From the NCBI RefSeq assembly GCF_000002075.1, contig NW_004797472.1, positions 717,693 through 781,692 on the forward strand: DNA of 64,000 nt, given 5' to 3'. The stretch's first letter is position 1. Every line of letters starts with the position of its first letter. Shown here in pieces: positions 1 to 13,547 of this stretch. This DNA is from Aplysia californica (taxonomy: Eukaryota). Below the pieces are notes generated by a model that made no database searches, had not been told where the DNA came from, and saw nothing but the letters and a program-made list of their open reading frames with translations. Position numbers and translations under genes: made by a program.

Positions 1-650
1 GGGGTTGGCTCAACCTCTTTCATATGTCCTATATAAAAATACATTTCCACATGAAATTTACTGAAAAACCTTGATTAATGGCACAAAATATGTAACTTTT
101 CAGTTTTCAAGGACTCTCAAGCTATAGAAGTTACCAAATTTTGGCGGCCATTTTCGCGCAAATTTTTCCTCAGAAAACAGGCTGCCTTCACCTCCTTCAA
201 TCACAAATATTATCTCAAATTTTGTTCAAGGTAGATGGGTCTTTTTTCATAGAAAGAAATACAAATAAAAAAGGTTCAAGTTTGTACCAATAGCTCCATT
301 ATATGCCCAAAAATTGACGAGCGCCTGATTCCACCACGTCGTGACACATACCTAATATCATCTGCCTGTTTGCACGCACTGCAACTTTGACCCAGGACAG
401 GAAAAAAGAATATAACATTTCTTTTTATTTATGACGTCAGTGATAAGTGTAGCTTTTCTTTCTACGCCAAACTGAATGCATTTTCAGTGGGGCATGACCA
501 ATCCAAATTTAACTTAATTTAAGGGTTAGGGTGACCTGGAGATCACGGGGGAGGGGGGAGGAGGGGGAGGGGTTGAGTGCACATCAACTTGCGACTTGCA
601 GGGAGCAGGCCAAATTTAGCGACCTGAAAGCATCTCTAAATTAAAGCTTC

Positions 651-830
651 GTTTGTTTTAGTAAGAATTTTACGGCATTCGCAACATAATTAGGCCATAG
701 TATTAATGCCGAAGATTAGAGGTATTACAAGAGAGTAGCAAACACAACAAAAGAAGGAGGAACGATAAGGATGATAGATGTTTAACAGGAAGGAATGAGC
801 AAACCACACCAGAACACCCGCCAACCACCC
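651..830 (-). mobile_element. Family A short retroposon
   Basis: Reverse complement of GGGTGGTTGGCGGGTGCTCTGGTGTGGTTTGCTCC...GTTGCAAGTGCCGTAAAACACTTACTAAAAC consensus. Confidence 0.85.
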
Positions 831-979
831 ACAAATTAAGACTTCTTTGTACCCTCCAAAAACATATTGATTATTATACATGTACTTACTCCAAACCGGG
901 GTTATATTATAGCCGGCATGGTAATACACGTCCTTTGTATAATACATTCGAACGATCGGTCGACAATTGTTGTTTTACG

Positions 980-1460
980 TGGGTGGTTGGCGGGTGCTCT
1001 GGTGTGGTTTGCTCCTTCTTTTCTATCAAACAACCATCGGCTGTACCTCTCCTCCTTCTTTTTTGTGTATGTTACTGTCTTGTAACACCTATAATTTCCT
1101 GCACTAACGTGACGTAATTATGTTGCAAGTGCCGTAAGATAAGACGCTTCCCAAACATAAAGCAATAGTATTGTGTTACAGTCCCTGGGTCAATGGGAAA
1201 GCTCTGCACGTGTTGTAGGGGAAGCAGAGGCTGAGTCTTACTTTATAAAAGTTGTCTTCTTCGGCCGCTCCCTGTGCGTGGTTGGCAGGTGCTCCGGTGT
1301 GGTTTGCTTCTTCTTTCCTATCAAACAACTATCGTCTGTATCTTCCCTCATTCTTTTTTTTTTGTGTGTGTGTTTGCTACTCTCTTGTAACAGCTCTCAT
1401 CGTCGGCACTTATATGACTATTGTGATGCAAGTGCCGTCAAACAGGCCTACTAGAACATG
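980..1460 (+). mobile_element. Two family A retroposon copies (980-1160, 1279-1460)
   Basis: Match to family A consensus. Confidence 0.85.
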
Positions 1461-1949
1461 AAACATTCTGCCGCTCCCTCCAGCCCTAAACCAGCCGAAG
1501 TGCAAGAAGTACATTTAGGAGCCTGTGCTGGCAGGTTTTCAACCGGAACGAGAACCAAAAAAAAATAATGATGCTAAAAATGACAATATATAATACATTA
1601 TGTATATTATATGATCTAATCCTGTCGACTTTTTGGCGTAGCCAGTCATCCTTCTGTAAACCGAATCACGCGCGCCCCTTTGACCCTGCACAGTTGCGAG
1701 TGCCGTAAAGCACTTACCAAAGCAAAACCGAATCATCACATTAAAACCTCAAACCTTGTTTTAGCTAAACATGAAAACAAAGTGCTTGAAAAGATGTCGC
1801 CTGGTTCACCCACTCCCCGTCGTTCCCTTGAACCCAGTAATTAGTTCCCTCTGTCTCTGTCCTTCTCTGCTGCTGCAAGCGTTTGTCCCGCTCGAAGCCC
1901 AATTCTGACCAGTGGTAAACATTGGGGACCTCTATTTTTAGCCCCTCTG

Positions 1950-2699
1950 TGGGTCCCTGAATCGATAGGGGCGAGCGAGGACGTATACTGCAGCAGGTGT
2001 CAATGGCATATTCCTGCCCTCAGGGACACGCCAGAGAAATCCGCTTACGGGTCGTGTCGCACACATGTCAGTTTAGAATCCTATTACTGGTCTTGTGTGT
2101 GTGTGGTGAGGGAATCAATCAAATCTCGAGGTTAGGGAACCCGCCCTCTCTCGGCAATGTTTTCACGGACAATCAGCTGTTGTGACGTCACTGGGTTGTG
2201 GTGTAGGTGTGGTGTGTCGTTTCACGGCGAGGTCCCGCCTGTCTTTCCTCGCTCGTGTAAGACTGTATTAGGGTACACATTAGCGTCTCGTATATTTCTA
2301 TAATCCCTATTTCCACTCTCATTCTTTTTTCTTCTTCTTCTTCTTCATAAAGCCTCTGTGTTCGTGTGCGAAGTGACTCAGGCTGTCTTCATCACATGAC
2401 AGGAATAATAATAATATTATTGTGTTGTGGTGTCCATTGAGCCTGGCTGGTTACTTCCGCATACACAGCCAGTTGGATGTGTCACTGTTTTGGTTTGTTG
2501 AACTTCCACTTCTTCTTCGCCGCAGATAGTGGGGACAGGGACTGATAGTACGTTCGCACCATACTCTATGGTTCACACTCCGTCACTGTGCTCTCCTGCT
2601 CGGGATGGACTGCGTGAGACAAACGCTTTGTTTCGTTTCCTTCTTTACTTTAACACTGTTGTGCCGGGCAGTGTAGTGTAACGGACTTTTTCCCATAAT
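1950..2699 (+). promoter_or_regulatory. Candidate internal promoter/5'UTR of supervillin
   Basis: Repeat-free, locally CpG-richer stretch with CRE TGACGTCA (2183-2190), AP-1 TGACTCA (2374-2380) and ETS ACTTCCG (~2453), just upstream of the candidate first exon. Confidence 0.3.
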
Positions 2700-2758
2700 A
2701 TGTGTATTATGTGTGCAGGTATTTTCTATAAAGGATATTATGCTGAGGGCATTAAAAG
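2700..2758 (+). CDS. SVIL: Candidate alternative first coding exon of supervillin (MCIMCAGIFYKGYYAEGIKR)
   Basis: In-frame TAA at 2679, ATG at 2700 and donor AG|GTTAGT at 2759. Ends in phase 2, matching the phase-2 start of exon 15878 (..IKR|YKTQP). Inference only. Confidence 0.4.
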
Positions 2759-2770
2759 GTTAGTTTAGTA

Positions 2771-2859
2771 GGTGGTTGGCGGGTGCTCTGGTGTGGTTTG
2801 CTCCTTCTTTCCTATCAAACATATATCGTCCTTATCTCTCCTCCTTCTTTATTTTAGTG

Positions 2860-2860
<1 letters not shown>
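2771..2860 (+). mobile_element. Family A retroposon 5' part (runs into (CT)n and gap)
   Basis: Match to family A consensus. Confidence 0.8.
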
Positions 2861-2902
<42 letters not shown>

Positions 2903-3394
2903 NNNNNNNNNNNNNNNNNNNNNNNNNNNNNNNNNNNNNNNNNNNNNNNNNNNNNNNNNNNNNNNNNNNNNNNNNNNNNNNNNNNNNNNNNNNNNNNNNN
3001 NNCAGAATCCCTGCCAACAATTTGCGCGAATTTTGGTCTGTCGAACCCTTTGCATCTAAAAAATTCAAAAAATTGACAGTGAAATCATATAGGGATAGTG
3101 TGTTTCTGTTTCTTGACCCATACTGGTTATTGGGAATCCCAGTACACTTAATTTAGAGCCCAAACAAAAATTTTCATTTCAGCTGTACCTAGTTCACCTT
3201 GGTTTAACGTGAAAGCAAGCCTGTCTAAATCGAGAGCCGGATTAATCGATTCCTAATATCTCGCAGGCCAAAGCAGGAAACCATTCAGTGAAATTGGTTG
3301 TAAAACCCAAGCTCTCGAAAATGAGACTAAAGCTAAAACTGATAGCTATATGTTTTGTTGTTTGCTTTTTTGGAGGGTTTTGTTGTTTTTTTGT

Positions 3395-3830
3395 TGGGTT
3401 TTTTTTTGTAAGTGCTTTATGGTGCTCGCAACTGCATAAGGTCACATGAGCGCGAGGGATACATTAGACATTATCAGTTGGTAGGAAATTTAAAATTTTG
3501 CTCTTGTGGCGGCCGAAGCCTGCTCTTATCGATTTTGGATCTTCAGGTGATCTTTAACGTAACTTGAACACGCGACCTTCGAGATTTTTCACCCTCATCC
3601 GAGAAGGCTAGATGTTGGACCTTACCTACCATAAGATGAGAGATGTGGCTGAAAGACAACAGTAAGGAGGAGCCAAGGAGTAGCAGTAGAAAGGCTGCAG
3701 AAAGAGTTTGGAGCTCATAAGAGGGGGCAAAGGAGGTGAGGGGGCGGGGCAGAAAGAAGAGACGAAAGCAGACGGCAGAACATTGTTACAGAGCGGGAAA
3801 AGGATGTGTAAGGGGGAAATTTTTACAGAA
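3395..3830 (-). mobile_element. Family B SINE (5' truncated)
   Basis: Reverse complement of family B. Confidence 0.8.
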
Positions 3831-4712
3831 CCAAGGGAAACAGAATCTGATGAGATATGAAATTATATCTAATGCTTCCAGCTGGGCCGGAAAGTAATCC
3901 TTTTACCTGCAAAGTTTCGTGTGCATGGGTAAATTAATAAATGAGCTAGAATGTTTTAATGCGGACAGACGAAAATGTGCAAGCCATAGCGGCCGGATCT
4001 GGCCTGTGAGCCGTATTTTTCCCGTGCCTGATCAATATCCAAGTATCCCGCGTCACAGACACAATAGGATGGTGCATATTAACCTCTTAAAGATGTGGGT
4101 TTCTTGTCCGGAGTTCAGGAAATCCTATTCCACAAGATACAATGATAAATACACAATCATTTATTGTCGCTTACAAGGTTCACAAGCTCAAGATGCGCTC
4201 CGAATCAGAACCCCCGTCTGTTGTGTAGAGCTGTACCCATTCGACTTTGCTATTTGACGTTCATGATTTTTGCATTATTCACAGCTATTCGAAGCGTGGC
4301 AGAGCAATTCGAATGCCGTGTGATTTTACCTTTCTTTAAAAGATAATGGATTTTCATCTCATTTTTCTCAAACGTAGTAAAATTGAAGCACATTATATCT
4401 AAAATCATTGAGATAAATATACAGAAATACTCTTTATTTGATGGTTACAAGATAGAGCGATTAGAGGAGCCAAAAAGACATATAAAATATTCCTCTAGAG
4501 ACCTGTAGAGAATATCATAGCTCAAGCAAGGGCAGTTGACTCTTGAAGCGCAGCGAATGTTGTTGTGTTTTTCTCGTGAAGTTAGCTGTCGCAATAAGCT
4601 CCCCTTCACCTAGGCTGTTCGAAACTCGAAGCACTATGAACGGTGACGTCATTTCATCACATTGCACTTACTTCGACAACGACACACGCGTGCTCAGTTA
4701 TTTTATTTTTTT

Positions 4713-5065
4713 TATAGCAGAGGGTTTTACGGCGCTCGCAACTGCATGAGGTCATGTGTCACACAGAGAAGTCTTTACAGGGAATCAGACTTAGACTGCT
4801 CACCTCTCTAGCTTCAACAGCACAAGGTCTGCTTTGACTATCAAGGCACCCCGGAAATAGCAGGTCACAAGAGAGTGACAAACATACAAAAGAAGTAGAG
4901 GAAAATGACAATAGCAAGGATCAGAAAAGAATAAGCTGTTGTAGATCAGGCACAGTTATGAGCGTGACATGAGTCAGCCCATTTACAATTCTACTGTGCT
5001 TGAACGAGAAATGTCCCCCCTTTGGGAAGGGCCTAAAAACACTACAGTCAGAGGCACTGCCCCGG
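4713..5065 (-). mobile_element. Family C short retroposon
   Basis: Homologous to 54257, 56836 and 62339; same tail as B. Confidence 0.8.
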
Positions 5066-5099
5066 GGGGTTGCGCTCAGTTACTGGCGCTGTGACAGTG

Positions 5100-5700
5100 A
5101 TGGACATATCATATATAATAGAACAAAAACAATTTGACGGCCCTTCGAATAGCGGAAGTTAGGTCTGGGGTTATCGTATAATATAAAAAAAGCCATTCGA
5201 CGGCGATGTGAACCGCGGAAGTTAGGTCTGGGCTTATCATATAAATCTATAAGAAAAAACAAATCTGCCTTGCCAAGGCAGAGCGACGTATCTGCACTTT
5301 TTTATGATTTTGAGTTACGTCGCACTGCCATTGGAAATATAGGCATGGCCCTTCAGTTACGTCTGTTTGCAATAGTGAAATATCCTATTTGAAGTGCAGA
5401 TACGTCTTCCTGCCTTTGACACAAGATGCAGAATGGGTACGGGTGTTCATTCTAACGAAGATGCACAAATTAAAAAATTTTATCAGATAGTTCTAAGTCG
5501 GTCTGCCTTGGCACGGCAAAAATCGACAGCGCTTCGAATAGCAAAGTTAGATCTGGGCGCATCATATAATAATATAAGAAAAAAAAACATTCGGTGGCGA
5601 TCTGAATGGCGGAAGTTAGGTCTGGGCCAAGGGCTAGTCTGGGCTTATCATATTTATACAAGACAAAAAATTCGACAGAGGTATTCGAAGAGCATAAATA
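5100..5700. repeat. Degenerate ~65-bp tandem repeat interrupted by a small inverted-repeat insert
   Basis: Recurrent GGAAGTTAGGTCTGGGCTTATCATAT; 15-bp IR GACGTATCTGCACTT at ~5286/5392. Confidence 0.6.
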
Positions 5701-7514
5701 GTGAGCTCATGCTTCGAAGCTTCGATGAACTTTTTTTCCTCAAAATCGCACGTACAGCAGTACACTGTAGTGAAGAGGTCAGAAGCTTCGCCGTCGCACG
5801 CAAGAGACCCAAGTTCGATTCTCGAGTGAGGAAAAGTTTCATCATTAAGCTCGGTAATTTCTACTGGGAGGTTGTTTCCCTCTCTGTCCGAGTTGGGCCA
5901 GACACGCAGGGTCGAAGCCCGACTCCTAAATGGTTTTCCAAAATAATTGTTTCGATGACGGAGCAAAAACACCTATTTTTATTTACTTATTTTAACACAA
6001 AACAGTTATAGATCACTTCTTCAGTGTTTGAAATGCACCTCATTCTAGTGCAATGCAAGTCTCCTAAATAATCTAAATTGAGTCGATGGTGGGGTAAAAA
6101 TACCTACTTTTTTTTAAGAAGAGGAAACGCAATGTATAAAAAGCTTTTGCTTTAACCGTCTCAGTTCAGCATGTCGTGACGGGGGAGAAAACATCTCCAA
6201 GTAACCCAACTCTGTCAAAATTGAAAGCGCAGACAAAAACAGCTGTGAGGCGAGGCCTGAACACGAATGCACGCAAAAGCTTTGAAATGGCGACTCCAGT
6301 TTCTCTTGAATAATCCCAACCCAGACAAGGACACAATAGCGTTAAGGCTTGAGACGTGAACAATGCAAGACGTCTCCAATAGGANNNNNNNNNNNNNNNN
6401 NNNNNNNNNNNNNNNNNNNNNNNNNNNNNNNNNNNNNNNNNNNNNNNNNNNNNNNNNNNNNNNNNNNNNNNNNNNNNNNNNNNNNNNNNNNNNNNNNNNN
6501 NNNNNNNNNNNNNNNNAAAGACGATACAAGAACATCTTCAGATAGATTCTCACCACAGGGAGCGCGTCTATCTAGTTCAACACATTTAATCTCAAACACT
6601 ACCCCGCTGTGGCAGAGTGTCAATACCGCTTTCTTATCGCACGGCTAGCGTACAGGGAGGGACAACTAGCGAAAACTGAAATATGATAAAAGCGGGGAAT
6701 GAGTACAATATGCCCCGTGGAGAGGAAAAGAAACTTCACAGATTTGTGTGGCATACCCCCCCCCCTTTTTTTTCCTCCTTAGCCCTCTCCCAAACCCCTC
6801 GCCCCACCCCTAGAACTTCATTTCCCCACAATCTTTGCTTTCCCTTTTTCCCCTTCACTTTTTTAATTTAACCTACNNNNNNNNNNNNNNNNNNNNNNNN
6901 NNNNNNNNNNNNNNNNNNNNNNNNNNNNNNNNNNNNNNNNNNNNNNNNNNNNNNNNNNNNNNNNNNNNNNNNNNNNNNNNNNNNNNNNNNNNNNNNNNNN
7001 NNNNNNNNNNNNTTCCAGTCTTTGTCTTCATCCCTTTCAAATGTTACCCTTAAAATTCTTCTGTAAGTTCGTCTTTGAATTATTTTTAAAATACTACTTT
7101 AAATTCTTTTGAAAATTCTTTAAATTCAGAAAATCTCCTTCGTTTTTGGAGTTCGTTTTTATCTCAACTCTTCACATTTCGAATATTTACCAAGAATGTA
7201 AACCTAGAAATGTTACAGTAAAACCATATAATAATACCTGAGCGCATACAGCCATGCTCATGACGCTCGAAAAAGACAGATTCACAATACAAGCTAATAA
7301 ATCACAAGGCTTATGGGGGTGTGTACCTTTTTTCATTCCCTCTTCTTTTCCACATCAATTTCCCTTCTTTTTTCTTCTCCTCTTTTTTTTCTCTGTCTTT
7401 CTCTGACCATGTCTTTGTCTCTGTCTCATTCTCTCTTTCTGTCTCTCTCTCAATACATTTATAACTATTCATGTATCTATTTCTCTGTCCATCATTCAAC
7501 CTCACGGTCACTCT

Positions 7515-7574
<60 letters not shown>

Positions 7575-9243
7575 GCTCGCTTTATTCTAGTCCTGACCTT
7601 GCCATATCTGCATGATTGGAGGTATTGTTTGGGTGGTTTCTATGTCTCCTCTTTTGCCAGTGTCAACTTCTTGGCGTGTTTATACACAAATCTGTTAATG
7701 TCTGAACCAATACAGACAACTTTTTCAAAACAAGACGACTTCCCGAACTGTTCACCCCCTGTGGGCCTTGCGAGCAGAGCAGAACAAGCCGAAATGTGGG
7801 CCTAGGGTCGTGCAACTGACTTGACTTGACTACTGTACTGTCATTCTGCCCACATCCGTGACTCATACAATCATGAAAACAGCGCACGTTGGCTTATAAT
7901 ACACCATAACATGGGGAGAATCCTCCGGCCATAAAATGCGCGAAGACAGAGGCTCGTAAACGCCTGCGGGATCCAAAATTGTCTGTTTTATCACCATGGG
8001 TCGATGAACTAATTGATTTTTATGAGAGATGACCTTTGGACGGATAATATAATAATAATTGTGATCTCTCCCCCCNNNNNNNNNNNNNNNNNNNNNNNNN
8101 NNNNNNNNNNNNNNNNNNNNNNNNNNNNNNNNNNNNNNNNNNNNNNNNNNNNNNNNNNNNNNNNNNNNNNNNNNNNNNNNNNNNNNNNNNNNNNNNNNNN
8201 NNNNNNNNNNNNNNNNNNNNNNNNNNNNNNNNNNNNNNNNNNNNNNNNNNNNNNNNNNNNNNNNNNNNNNNNNNNNNNNNNNNNNNNNNNNNNNNNNNNN
8301 NNNNNNNNNNNNNNNNNNNNNNNNNNNNNNNNNNNNNNNNNNNNNNNNNNNNNNNNNNNNNNNNNNNNNNNNNNNNNNNNNNNNNNNNNNNNNNNNNNNN
8401 NNNNNNNNNNNNNNNNNNNNNNNNNNNNNNNNNNNNNNNNNNNNNNNNNNNNNNNNNNNNNNNNNNNNNNNNNNNNNNNNNNNNNNNNNNNNNNNNNNNN
8501 NNNNNNNNNNNNNNNNNNNNNNNNNNNNNNNNNNNNNNNNNNNNNNNNNNNNNNNNNNNNNNNNNNNNNNNNNNNNNNNNNNNNNNNNNNNNNNNNNNNN
8601 NNNNNNNNNNNNNNNNNNNNNNNNNNNNNNNNNNNNNNNNNNNNNNNNNNNNNNNNNNNNNNNNNNNNNNNNNNNNNNNNNNNNNNNNNNNNNNNNNNNN
8701 NNNNNNNNNNNNNNNNNNNNNNNNNNNNNNNNNNNNNNNNNNNNNNNNNNNNNNNNNNNNNNNNNNNNNNNNNNNNNNNNNNNNNNNNNNNNNNNNNNNN
8801 NNNNNNNNNNNNNNNNNNNNNNNNNNNNNNNNNNNNNNNNNNNNNNNNNNNNNNNNNNNNNCTCCTCCTCCTCCTCCTCCTCCTCCTCCTCTTCCTCCTC
8901 CTCTTCTTCTGTTACTCCTCCTCCGCCCCCTCCTCGACCTGCCCACTGTGCTACATGTTCCTCATTTCACTGTTTCTCCGTTGCTTACATAATATTTCGC
9001 ACCTAGATCTTTTCACTTCACTATTTCATCCTGATTGTCAATCTTTGTTTTGTTTATTTTTCTATCTGCCGTCTTTCTGTTCCTTCATCAATCTGTCTGC
9101 CATCTCTACCTGTCAGACTGCCGAAGTGGAAACACTCTTTCCCAGCGTTAATTGTTGTCATGTACAAACAACCCCGAGCGACAACGCAACAACTGTCTGT
9201 TAGTGAATCAGTGTGTCGGTCTGTTCTGTCTTTTGTCCGCCTG

Positions 9244-9424
9244 TCTGCCCAGGGACCTTGTTGTGTTGCAAGTGCCGCAAAACACTTACTAAAACAAATA
9301 TCTGCCCAGGGACCTTATTGTGTTGTAAGTGCTGGAAAACACTTACTGAAACAAATATCTGCCCAGGGACCTTATTGTGTTGCAAGTGCCGCAGAACACT
9401 TACTAAAACAAATATCTACCCAGG
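9244..9424 (+). repeat. 3x 57-bp tandem of family A tail plus target sequence
   Basis: Unit TCTGCCCAGG-GACCTTATTGTGTTGCAAGTGCCGCAAAACACTTACTAAAACAAATA. Confidence 0.9.
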
Positions 9425-9734
9425 ATATTGTGTGGTGTAGCGGAAAGGTGCTGGGAACGCTGTTCAGGAAATGGGAGTTCGATTCCCTGGAGGGGAGAAT
9501 TGTTATAGACTATCTCGATCGGTCTTTCTGCTAGGATGCTGTATCCTTCTCAGTCTGATTTTTCCCTGACGGTAGAAGCCTGTCTCCTAAATTATGATTT
9601 AAATTGTACCGATGATGGCGTAAAATGACTTTTTACGTGACCCCACCCCCCACCCCCTAAAAAATGCGGTTATTTTGTGGCAGCTCTTTTGCAGTCTACT
9701 TCTTTACCTATGTGAAGTTTTACCTCTCGCACAA

Positions 9735-9755
9735 ACACGCACACAAAGACGCACG

Positions 9756-9820
<65 letters not shown>

Positions 9821-10147
9821 CACACACATACACAGACAGACACACATACATACGTATGGTCGTAGACAAACCATAATTATAACACAAACACACATATATA
9901 CGTACATGCACATACTCACACAGAGGCAGCGCACACACGCACACCATCGTAAGCAACCACATACACTCTCGCGCTTACTAGTGCGCCCATATTATAATAT
10001 AGTATAGTAATTTATCTTGACTTATTCTTAGTGAAATGTTAACGTTTTCTTATAGTCTAGCCTTTATTGCAACTCAAAACGACATTTCTTGAACGCCTGT
10101 CTGGCTGCTTTTTAGCCAGCTCGTCTGTCAATCTGTTTGTTTTCCTC

Positions 10148-10193
<46 letters not shown>

Positions 10194-10436
10194 CGTGTGC
10201 GTGTGTTCGTGTGCGTGCGCTTGCGCGTGCGTGCGTGTATATGTGCGTGTGTGTGTCTTTGCGTGTGTATGTGTGTGCGTGTGTGAGAGGCTGACGACGA
10301 GAGACTCGGGTGTGGCTAACTCCTTAGCCTGTTATTTCCGTGTTGCTAGTTTCCCTAATCCACTGTCTGACACCCACACACATGACCCGACTCTGCAGAC
10401 AATGGACAGTTTCAGTGCACTCTGTCTGTCTGTCTA

Positions 10437-10490
<54 letters not shown>
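9735..10490. repeat. Microsatellite cluster: (CA)n, (TG)n, (TCTG)n
   Basis: Directly visible; further (CT)n at 2863-2902, 7520-7570 and 10930-10955. Confidence 0.9.
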
Positions 10491-10930
10491 GNNNNNNNNN
10501 NNNNNNNNNNNNNNNNNNNNNNNNNNNNNNNNNNNNNNNNNNNNNNNNNNNNNNNNNNNNNNNNNNNNNNNNNNNNNNNNNNNNNNNNNNNNNNNNNNNN
10601 NNNNNNNNNNNNNNNNNNNNNNNNNNNNNNNNNNNNNNNNNNNNNNNNNNNNNNNNNNNNNNNNNNNNNNNNNNNNNNNNNNNNNNNNNNNNNNNNNNNN
10701 NNNNNNNNNNNNNNNNNNNNNNNNNNNNNNNNNNNNNNNNNNNNNNNNNNNNNNNNNNNNNNNNNNNNNNNNNNNNNNNNNNNNNNNNNNNNNNNNNNNN
10801 NNNNNNNNNNNNNNNNNNNNNNNNNNNNNNNNNNNNNNNNNNNNNNNNNNNNNNNNNNNNNNNNNNNNNNNNNNNNNNNNNNNNNNNNNNNNNNNNNNNN
10901 NNNNNNNNNNNNNNNNNNNNNNNNNNNNNC

Positions 10931-10962
<32 letters not shown>

Positions 10963-12762
10963 CCTTTCTCTCTCTCTCTTTCTGTCTCCCTTTCTCTCTC
11001 CCCATATCTCTCTTTTATTTTATCACATGGAAACATTTTTAGGTGTTTTTTGTTACGAGGGGGGTGGGGGTTATAGATAACAGTAGCACTTCTCATTGTT
11101 AGGCCTAGGAACACACAAATTTGTTGTGCTGTTGTCGGATTCATTTACGTCGTATCACTGACTTGTGCAAAATGATATTCATGTAACTGTGTTCACGGTA
11201 GTGTAAACGAAACCATACTGCTTCCTATGTAGGCCTACGTGTGTGCAATGTGTGTGCATTCATGTATGTAAGCTTAATATATATTTATATTTATGAAGCA
11301 GTGCGCACATGCGCTTCTCTTGTTGCGAGTGAAGAACGGGTACACTGTCATAATGCGTATTCACTTATTCATTTCCCTGTTTCTCCTTTTGATTTGAAGT
11401 AAGGTTACAACCCTCCCCCCCATCCCCCCGCCATTCTTTTTAACCGTTTGTACTGTGAAATAGCTACGCCATCAATCTGTAAATAAGATTATAACGAACG
11501 AAGAACGAAACGTAGAGTTCAGTTCACTCTCCTGGGAAAAGAAAACGCCCAGGGCTCTTACAAAATATTTAGTCAACCAGAGTTACCCCCCTGAGCTCTG
11601 TGGGCCTTACAATAGAAAGCGCTAAACGTAAACAAACAAAAAGCAGGTTGAGAATGACATCTCTGACAGTGGGCAGGCTACACAATTATGCTGAGGCACG
11701 ACCCTGGATGCTGACGAAAATATGAAGTAAGGGAAGAAGGCGCTCATTCTTTAGAAGCTGATCTTTCAAATTCTGTTTCAATAGTTTTCAAATTACAATC
11801 GAGATGAATAGTTTACTGTCGTCTCTTTGGACCTCGAGGTGGGAAATTTTAGTAAAAATTGAGTAAAAATGAGTAAATACTTCCTCTTAAATCTGGCTAC
11901 TTGTCACGAGTTTTCCACTTTTCACTTAGATCTACACTCTAAATGTGTCAGTCTTGTTACTTGGAGTGGTTGCAACATTTCCATCAGTGTCTCTGCCATT
12001 TACTCACATAGATCTAGTTGACATAGCCTAATGTAGGCTATGACATGATCATATGATCATCATCAACAAGGCCATTTTATCATTTTATTAAATCTATATT
12101 ATTTTTTTAGATTATAAACTTACAATGACGTCAATGAGAGTGATGATAGGCAAGATACCCCCTCCCCCCAACCAAATGATGCTTTAAACGCTATCATGAG
12201 GCATGGGAAACTAGATTTAGAATTAGAGTACACCACTACAGCAGGGTCTGTGTCTTTTTGTGGTAAATTTTTACATGATATAGATTCTATAGAATATGTA
12301 TATATATATATGCACCCTCACACAGATGCATTGATTTGAGGGCTAAACTGTCTTAATTTTTGCTGTAGAACACAAGCACATGGCCACTAAAACCTTTGCA
12401 AATCAATTGTTTTCAATATCCTATTGCCCAAACATCAAATCATTGTGAAATGCAGGGGAATGCCCCCCTGAACCCCCCCACAGATTACCATTCTTTTTAG
12501 GTCACATGCCCCCCTGAAACCCCCCATGTTGTTAAAATCAAATCAAATATTACTATTTTCAAACATCAATAACTCAATAACTACTGGTTTGCAGCAAAAA
12601 TGAAGGCCCGTGTTCAGCATGCAAAATACTACTAGATCTAGAAAAAAGGCCGGCACTATTTCTCCGAACGTTCAGGAAAATGAACTTGAACTCTATTTCT
12701 CCGAACGGTTTCCATTCTCGAGATTTTTTGGCTACTTGCGAATGGAGTGGCCCGTGTGTGTT

Positions 12763-12803
<41 letters not shown>

Positions 12804-13289
12804 AAGGTGTGAACGGGGGGGGGGGGGGGGGGATTTTTTTGTGATTTAGTTTTTTCTTTAGGGGTGACTAAATGCCAAATAGGTTACCTCCAAAGTCGAG
12901 CTGTCTCGTTTTCTCGCAGTACCTTTTGAAGGCATTTTCAAATGAAGTATAGTCCGTGAACATTGCCCCAACCACAATGGAAGTAGGCCTATCTGATTAT
13001 CTGAATATTCGGGGGGGGGTTTTACACATGCACCTGTATTAATATTATGTACACGTTTTATATACTTTTTTCTAGTAGTATTTTGCATGTTGAACATGAA
13101 TATGACCTTCATTTTCCCCGAAAATCAATAGTTATTGAGTTATTGATATTTGAAAATGGAAGTGTCTCCCGAGACCAGGATCCTGGTCTCCCTAGCCAGC
13201 CTGGCTAGGGAGACCAGGGAAATTTTCTGCGTGTGCGCATGCTCAAACCCCGAGTCCAACTTCCTTTCCTTTCAATTTTCGACTTCAAG

Positions 13290-13547
13290 ATGGCGGCCCC
13301 CATCTCCGTAGGGCAGTATTTCGACTCATTTGATGATTTTATGGCCGTCTTGACGTCGAGGAAAGCCGAAAGCAACGAGCATCTAGTGGTAGGGAAGTCC
13401 AGTTTGACAGTGAGGGCTGCAAATTCAAAACTGAAAGGCAACTTTCGTTACAAAGAGGATTTGAAGTACACCCACGTCACCTTCAGGTGTGTCCACGAAG
13501 GCAAGTTCTCTTTAGAGACAATAGACCACACCAGACCACGATCATAA
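13290..13547 (+). pseudogene. Truncated MULE transposase N-terminus (ZSWIM3-N/FAR1-like DNA-binding domain)
   Basis: MAAPISVGQYFDSFDDF...SLTVRAAN...LKYTHVTFRCVHEGK then runs into the tandem array; ATG in caagATGG context. Domain assignment is from pattern recall. Confidence 0.65.

Noticed and set aside
690-1461. Recurrent ORFs [16 protein letters not shown] / [16 protein letters not shown]
   Set aside because: Translations of family A copies in different frames, with frameshifts and stops; not a gene family
5394-6011. 205-aa ORF
   Set aside because: Overlaps degenerate repeats, GTG start, no recognisable domain or splice context
8013-11144. Long ORFs of 200-400 aa
   Set aside because: Artefacts of N gaps and microsatellites
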